NCBI GenBank assembly: GCA_032128875.1
Contig: JAVLKG010000003.1
Span: forward strand, 664,874 to 728,873
From: Candidatus Melainabacteria bacterium 17Bon1m
Lineage (GTDB): Bacteria; Cyanobacteriota; Vampirovibrionia; Obscuribacterales; Obscuribacteraceae
DNA: 64,000 bases
Reading direction: 5' to 3'
This document shows, piece after piece, positions 59,404-64,000 of this stretch. Position numbers and translations under genes: made by a program. Within the stretch, counting starts at the first letter, position 1. Each line of letters begins with the position of its first letter. Under the pieces are notes generated by a model. The model searched no databases. It worked only from the letters and a program-made list of their open reading frames with translations, and was not told the origin of the DNA.

Positions 59404-60566
59404 AACTGTTTAAGACACTGGCACTGTGTTCCAGCGCATTACTGCTCGTACTGTCTATATCAGGCTGTCATGAATCGATTGACAGCAAAACTGCTGCGCA
59501 TGCGGCTTACCAGGTGATGAAACCCCTCGGCGAAGACCAAGCGCCGAAGGATGAAGAAGCATCGCATACGACTTACCAGGTCAGTAAACCGCTTGTCAAA
59601 GACCTAACGCTGAATGATGAATACGTCTGCCAGATTAGGGCGATACAGCATATTGAAATTCGTTCGTTAGAGAAAGGGTACCTGCAAAATGTACTTGTAG
59701 ACGAAGGTCAAATTGTTCATAAGGGGCAGTTGCTTTTTCAAATCAAGCCCAATGTCTACGAAGCTGATGTTCAAAAATCAGAAGCAGAAGTAGAGCTTTC
59801 CAAAATTGAGCTGCAGAATAACCAGGCACTTGTCGATAAAGACATTATTTCCTCCACTGAAGCAGCCATGTCTGCCGCCAAGCTGGCTAAAGTTCAAGCG
59901 GAACTAGAGCTAGCCAAAACGCATTTAGGCTTTACTGAAATTCGAGCCCCGTTTGATGGGCTGATAGGCCGTTTTGGTGATGTTAGGCTGGGCAGCTTGT
60001 TGGAAGAAAACCAACTGCTGACGACTTTAAGCGATACCCATCGATTGTGGGTTTACTTCAATGTGCCTGAAGCTGTGTACCTGGACTACATGAAAAACAG
60101 TCGAAACGGGATTTCTCAGACCGTCCACCTGGAGCTCGCCAACAAGGAAATTTATCCTGAACCTGGAACGATAGAAACCATTCAGTCAGACTTTAACAAT
60201 ACCTCCGGCAATATTGCCTTTCGAGCGGTCTTTAGTAACCCAAAGGGACTGCTGCGATACGGGCAAACTGGCACGATACTATGGCCCAAGAAGGTCAATC
60301 AGGCGGTCATTGTGCCTCAGAAATCTACGTTTGAAGTCTTAGACAAACGCTTCATTTATGTCGTCGACAAAGACGGAGTGATTCACGAACGTGAGGTTAA
60401 AGTGGCCCGTGAGGAACCCAACGTTTACATTCTCTCCTCTGGAATTACACCTGATGAGATGTTTTTGCTTGAGCGGCAGAACAAATTAGATAAAGGCGAC
60501 AAGATCAGCTACAAGCTGATTGATCCCAAAACAGCTGTTGAGAATATAAAACTGTATGCAGAGTAG
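59397..60566 (+). CDS. RND efflux periplasmic adaptor subunit (lipoprotein)
   Basis: Lipobox ISGC, VDEGQIVHKGQLLF, IRAPFDG and VYFNVPE. Confidence 0.92.
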   Translation: MLKLFKTLALCSSALLLVLSISGCHESIDSKTAAHAAYQVMKPLGEDQAPKDEEASHTTYQVSKPLVKDLTLNDEYVCQIRAIQHIEIRSLEKGYLQNVLVDEGQIVHKGQLLFQIKPNVYEADVQKSEAEVELSKIELQNNQALVDKDIISSTEAAMSAAKLAKVQAELELAKTHLGFTEIRAPFDGLIGRFGDVRLGSLLEENQLLTTLSDTHRLWVYFNVPEAVYLDYMKNSRNGISQTVHLELANKEIYPEPGTIETIQSDFNNTSGNIAFRAVFSNPKGLLRYGQTGTILWPKKVNQAVIVPQKSTFEVLDKRFIYVVDKDGVIHEREVKVAREEPNVYILSSGITPDEMFLLERQNKLDKGDKISYKLIDPKTAVENIKLYAE

Positions 60567-60583
60567 GTTAGGTTAGGCCAGCT

Positions 60584-63500
60584 ATGTTTCGTAACATCCT
60601 TACACGGCCTGTACTCGGGATTGTTATCTCGATTTTAATCGTTTTCCTTGGCTGCCTTTCGCTTGTGCAGCTTCCTATTTCACAGTTCCCCCAAATTGCG
60701 CCCACCGTCGTCAATATCTTTATTGCCTACCCCGGTGCCAGTGCCGATGTGCTGACCAAGTCAACGCTGGTACCACTGGAAGCGGCTATCAACGGGGTGC
60801 CGGGTATGCGCTATATGGCCTCGGATGCCACCAGCGCCGGTGAGGCCACAGTTCGTTTGGTGTTTGAACCAGGTACCGATTCCAATCAGGCGGTGGTTGC
60901 CGTCAAAACCCGGGTGGATCAGGTAATGACCTCATTACCTGATCTCGTTCAGCGAGAGGGGGTCATCATTCGACCCCTGCAATCCTCCATGTTGATGTAT
61001 GTGGATTTGTATTCTGATTCTGCCTCCTTTAAACAGCAATACTTGTTCAATTACGCCTATACCAAGCTAATACCTGAAATTCAACGGATTACAGGGGTTG
61101 CGAACGCGTCCTTATTGGGCAGCAGAACCTACGCCATGAGGCTGTGGCTTAAGCCTGATCGCATGCGAGCCTACAATATCTCTTCTGAAGAAGTGGTCGA
61201 AGCTGTTAAAAGCCAGAGTCTTATTGCCCGCCCTGGCCGGCTCGGTATAAGCTCGGGGAAAACGGCCCAGTCTACTGAGTACGTGCTGAATTATGTCGGT
61301 CGCTATACGGAGCCTGAGCAGTACGAAAATATCATTATCAAAAGCTCCGGATTTGGTGAAATGGTCAAGCTTAAAGACATTGCCACCGTGGAGTTGGGCA
61401 GTGAGTTTTATGATATTTACACGAATTTGGATGGAAAGTCCTCTGCCTCTATCGTGCTGAAACAGACATCCGATAGCAATGCCAGAGAAGTCATTCAAAA
61501 GGTCAAAGAAAAAATTAGCGAACTCTCCAAGGCGTTTCCAGACGGTATACACGTCCAGTACAGCTACGATGTTTCCAAGTTTTTAGACGCCTCGATTGAG
61601 CAGGTCATTGATACCATCCGCGATGCCTTCATTCTGGTCACGCTGGTTGTCTTTCTGTTTTTGGGAGACTGGCGTTCAACCGTCATTCCTGTCATTGCCG
61701 TACCTATTTCATTGATAGGCCCCTTTTTGGTGCTCTCGATGTTTGGTATGTCCATTAACCTGATTACCTTATTTGCTTTGGTACTGGCCATCGGCATTGT
61801 GGTGGATGATGCCATTGTGGTGGTGGAAGCCGTCCACAGCAATATGGAGAAAGACCCGAAGCTCACGCCTTATGCGGCGACGCAAAAAGCCATGGGCGAA
61901 CTGGGAAGCGCTATTCTGGCCATCACGCTTGTGATGATTTCGGTGTTTGTGCCGATAGCCTTCATTCCGGGCCCGGTGGGTGTTTTTTACCGGCAGTTTT
62001 CAATCACGATGTCTAGCGCCATTGTGATATCGGCCTTGGTGGCATTAACGCTGACGCCTGTTTTATGCGCCATGTTTCTTAAAAACCATGCAGATCACGG
62101 TCACGGTGACAGTCATCGTCGCAAGCCATCTCTCAACGTATTTCAAAGGTTTATTGGTCTATTCAATGCCGTTTTCGAAATATTTACCCGTGGCTACATG
62201 TGGCTGTTAAATCGTTTCGTCACCCAAAGACTAATGTGCCTGGTGGTCATCATTCTATTTTCTGCCGGAGTTGTTTATATGAGCCAAAAGGTTTCCTCTG
62301 GCTTTGTGCCGAATGAAGACCAGGGCACAATCTACGCTATTGTTCAAACACCTCCGGGGTCTTCGCTGGAGTATACAAACAAAGTAATGGGCCAGCTGCA
62401 AAACGTGTGCAAAGCGATTGACGGGGTTGGCTCAGTGACGTCGATGGCTGGCTACGAAATCATGACAGAAGGCCGAGGCTCCAATGCGGGTACCTGTCTT
62501 ATCAATCTCAAAAACTGGGATGAACGCAAACAAAACGTCCATGAAATTATTGAGGAATTAGAGCATCACACTGCTGGGTTGGGGGGCCGGGTTGAGTTTT
62601 TTGAGCCTCCAGCCATTCCGGGCTTTGGATCTTCTGGCGGATTTTCGTTGCGATTACTGGATAAAACCGGCGATCTCCGCTACCAGGAGTTACAAGCGGC
62701 CACTCAGGACTTTATGAACAACCTGATGAAACGCAAAGAGATTTCAGGGCTATTTACTTTCTACAATGCGTCCTACCCGCAATACGAAATCAAGATCGAT
62801 AACCGGATGGCCATGCAGAAGGGAGTTTCCATAGGCACGGCGATGAGAAACCTGGATGTTATGAACAGTGGCTCTTATGAGCAAGGGTTTGTTAAATTCG
62901 GCCGGTTTTTCAAAGTCTTTACTCAGGCATCCCCCGAATACCGAAGGAATCTGGAGGATTTGACGACCCAGTTTGTCAAAAATGATCAAGGGGATATGGT
63001 GCCCTACTCGTCTTTTATGACCCTGGAAAAAACAAAAGGGGCCAATGAAATTACTCGCTATAACATGTACAACTCTGCTGCCATTCGGGGATTTCCGACA
63101 AAAGGATATACGTCTGGTGACGCCATTCATTCTATCCGCGAGGTGGCTAAAGATACCCTCTCCCGCGAGTTCGACATTGCCTGGGAAGACCTTGCCTACG
63201 ACGAAGCGAAGCGAGGTAATGAATTTCTAGTAATTTCTTTGATTGTTGTGCTTTTCGTCTATTTGGTGCTGGCAGCCCAGTACGAAAGCTTTGCATTGCC
63301 TTTGGCCGTGCTCTTTTCATTGCCTGTCGGTATTTTTGGCTCCTTCTCAATGCTGAGCCTGATGGGCCTGGCCAACGACGTGTATGCACAAATAGCTGTT
63401 ATAACCTTGCTTGGACTGTTGGGTAAAAACGCTGTGTTAATCGTCGAGTTTGCGGTGCAAAAACGCAATGAAGGTTTATCGTTGCGAGACGCGGCCCTGG

Positions 63501-64000
63501 AAGGCGCCAGGATGCGATTTCGACCTATCCTGATGACGTCCTTTGCTTTTGTCGCAGGGCTTGTCCCCCTTGTGTTGTCGCACGGCGCCGGGGCCGTGGG
63601 GAATAAAACCCTTGGTTCATCTGCCATGGGTGGGATGATTACCGGTACGCTCCTCGGTGTGTTGATAATTCCGGGTCTCTACTTTCTTTTTGCCACCATG
63701 GTTGATGGCAAAAACCTCCTGAAGGATCAAGAACATACCAGTATCACGGACTCCATTGTGAGGAGGAAAAAACACAGGGAGCAAACAGTAAGACTTATTA
63801 AATTACTGATTCAAAAAGCGAAGCCGCCGGTTGCAACCAAGAAAGAAGCAGCAAGAGTAGAAGCAGAACGTGTTGCAACCAAGAAAGAAGCAGCAAGAGT
63901 AGAAGCAGAACGTGTTGCAGCTGAGAAAGAAGCAGCAAGAGTAGAAGCAGAACGTGTTGCAGCTGAGAAAGAAGCAGCAAGAGTAGAAGCAGAACGTGTT
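60584..64000 (+). CDS. RND efflux permease (HAE1/AcrB family), 3'-partial; absent from the ORF track
   Basis: MFRNILTRPVLGIVIS...QFPQIAP, AIGIVVDDAIVVVE, GKNAVLIVEFA and RFRPILMTS; these share one frame, which reads without a stop to the window edge. Confidence 0.93.
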   Translation, partial: MFRNILTRPVLGIVISILIVFLGCLSLVQLPISQFPQIAPTVVNIFIAYPGASADVLTKSTLVPLEAAINGVPGMRYMASDATSAGEATVRLVFEPGTDSNQAVVAVKTRVDQVMTSLPDLVQREGVIIRPLQSSMLMYVDLYSDSASFKQQYLFNYAYTKLIPEIQRITGVANASLLGSRTYAMRLWLKPDRMRAYNISSEEVVEAVKSQSLIARPGRLGISSGKTAQSTEYVLNYVGRYTEPEQYENIIIKSSGFGEMVKLKDIATVELGSEFYDIYTNLDGKSSASIVLKQTSDSNAREVIQKVKEKISELSKAFPDGIHVQYSYDVSKFLDASIEQVIDTIRDAFILVTLVVFLFLGDWRSTVIPVIAVPISLIGPFLVLSMFGMSINLITLFALVLAIGIVVDDAIVVVEAVHSNMEKDPKLTPYAATQKAMGELGSAILAITLVMISVFVPIAFIPGPVGVFYRQFSITMSSAIVISALVALTLTPVLCAMFLKNHADHGHGDSHRRKPSLNVFQRFIGLFNAVFEIFTRGYMWLLNRFVTQRLMCLVVIILFSAGVVYMSQKVSSGFVPNEDQGTIYAIVQTPPGSSLEYTNKVMGQLQNVCKAIDGVGSVTSMAGYEIMTEGRGSNAGTCLINLKNWDERKQNVHEIIEELEHHTAGLGGRVEFFEPPAIPGFGSSGGFSLRLLDKTGDLRYQELQAATQDFMNNLMKRKEISGLFTFYNASYPQYEIKIDNRMAMQKGVSIGTAMRNLDVMNSGSYEQGFVKFGRFFKVFTQASPEYRRNLEDLTTQFVKNDQGDMVPYSSFMTLEKTKGANEITRYNMYNSAAIRGFPTKGYTSGDAIHSIREVAKDTLSREFDIAWEDLAYDEAKRGNEFLVISLIVVLFVYLVLAAQYESFALPLAVLFSLPVGIFGSFSMLSLMGLANDVYAQIAVITLLGLLGKNAVLIVEFAVQKRNEGLSLRDAALEGARMRFRPILMTSFAFVAGLVPLVLSHGAGAVGNKTLGSSAMGGMITGTLLGVLIIPGLYFLFATMVDGKNLLKDQEHTSITDSIVRRKKHREQTVRLIKLLIQKAKPPVATKKEAARVEAERVATKKEAARVEAERVAAEKEAARVEAERVAAEKEAARVEAERV
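63830..64000 (+). repeat. 42-bp coding tandem repeat, at least 4 copies
   Basis: GTTGCA(ACCA/GCTG)AGAAAGAAGCAGCAAGAGTAGAAGCAGAACGT at 63830, 63872, 63914 and 63956; encodes VA(TK/AE)KEAARVEAER. Confidence 0.95.

Noticed and set aside
63798-63980. Poly-Leu ORF on the minus strand
   Set aside because: Antisense shadow of the coding repeat.
63830-64000. Tandem repeats as a possible CRISPR array
   Set aside because: The units are contiguous with no unique spacers, are a multiple of 3 long and are in frame with the RND gene; no cas genes.

Overview
A gene-dense bacterial chromosomal window of roughly 50% GC (estimated by eye). Gene content and protein style suggest Melainabacteria (Obscuribacterales-like, non-photosynthetic cyanobacterial relatives), but this is an inference and there is no rRNA to test it. 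Left to right: secreted KatG; fasciclin; beta-carbonic anhydrase plus bestrophin; LVIVD-repeat protein; hisC; tRNA-Gly(TCC); an ABC/HlyD/TolC exporter; two convergent, nearly Cys-free ArsR paralogs; an operon of a degenerate MurF-like protein, DabB, DabA (DUF2309), a DUF6671-like protein and an orphan cysD; surface-glycan genes; arylsulfatase; a large multicopper oxidase; two divergent proteins each built from three copies of one unrecognised domain; a single-chain xanthine/aldehyde-oxidase-type enzyme; a degenerate McrBC-like pair; arsR-arsI; and an RND efflux operon. The RND permease is missed by the ORF track and runs off the window in a 42-bp coding tandem repeat. The main new observation is a shared 20-bp imperfect palindrome, ATAT(G/T)C-N8-GCA(T/A/C)NN, upstream of five transcription units (carbonic anhydrase-bestrophin, the exporter, both ArsR genes, and the murF-like-dabBA operon). 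It suggests an ArsR-controlled inorganic-carbon regulon.
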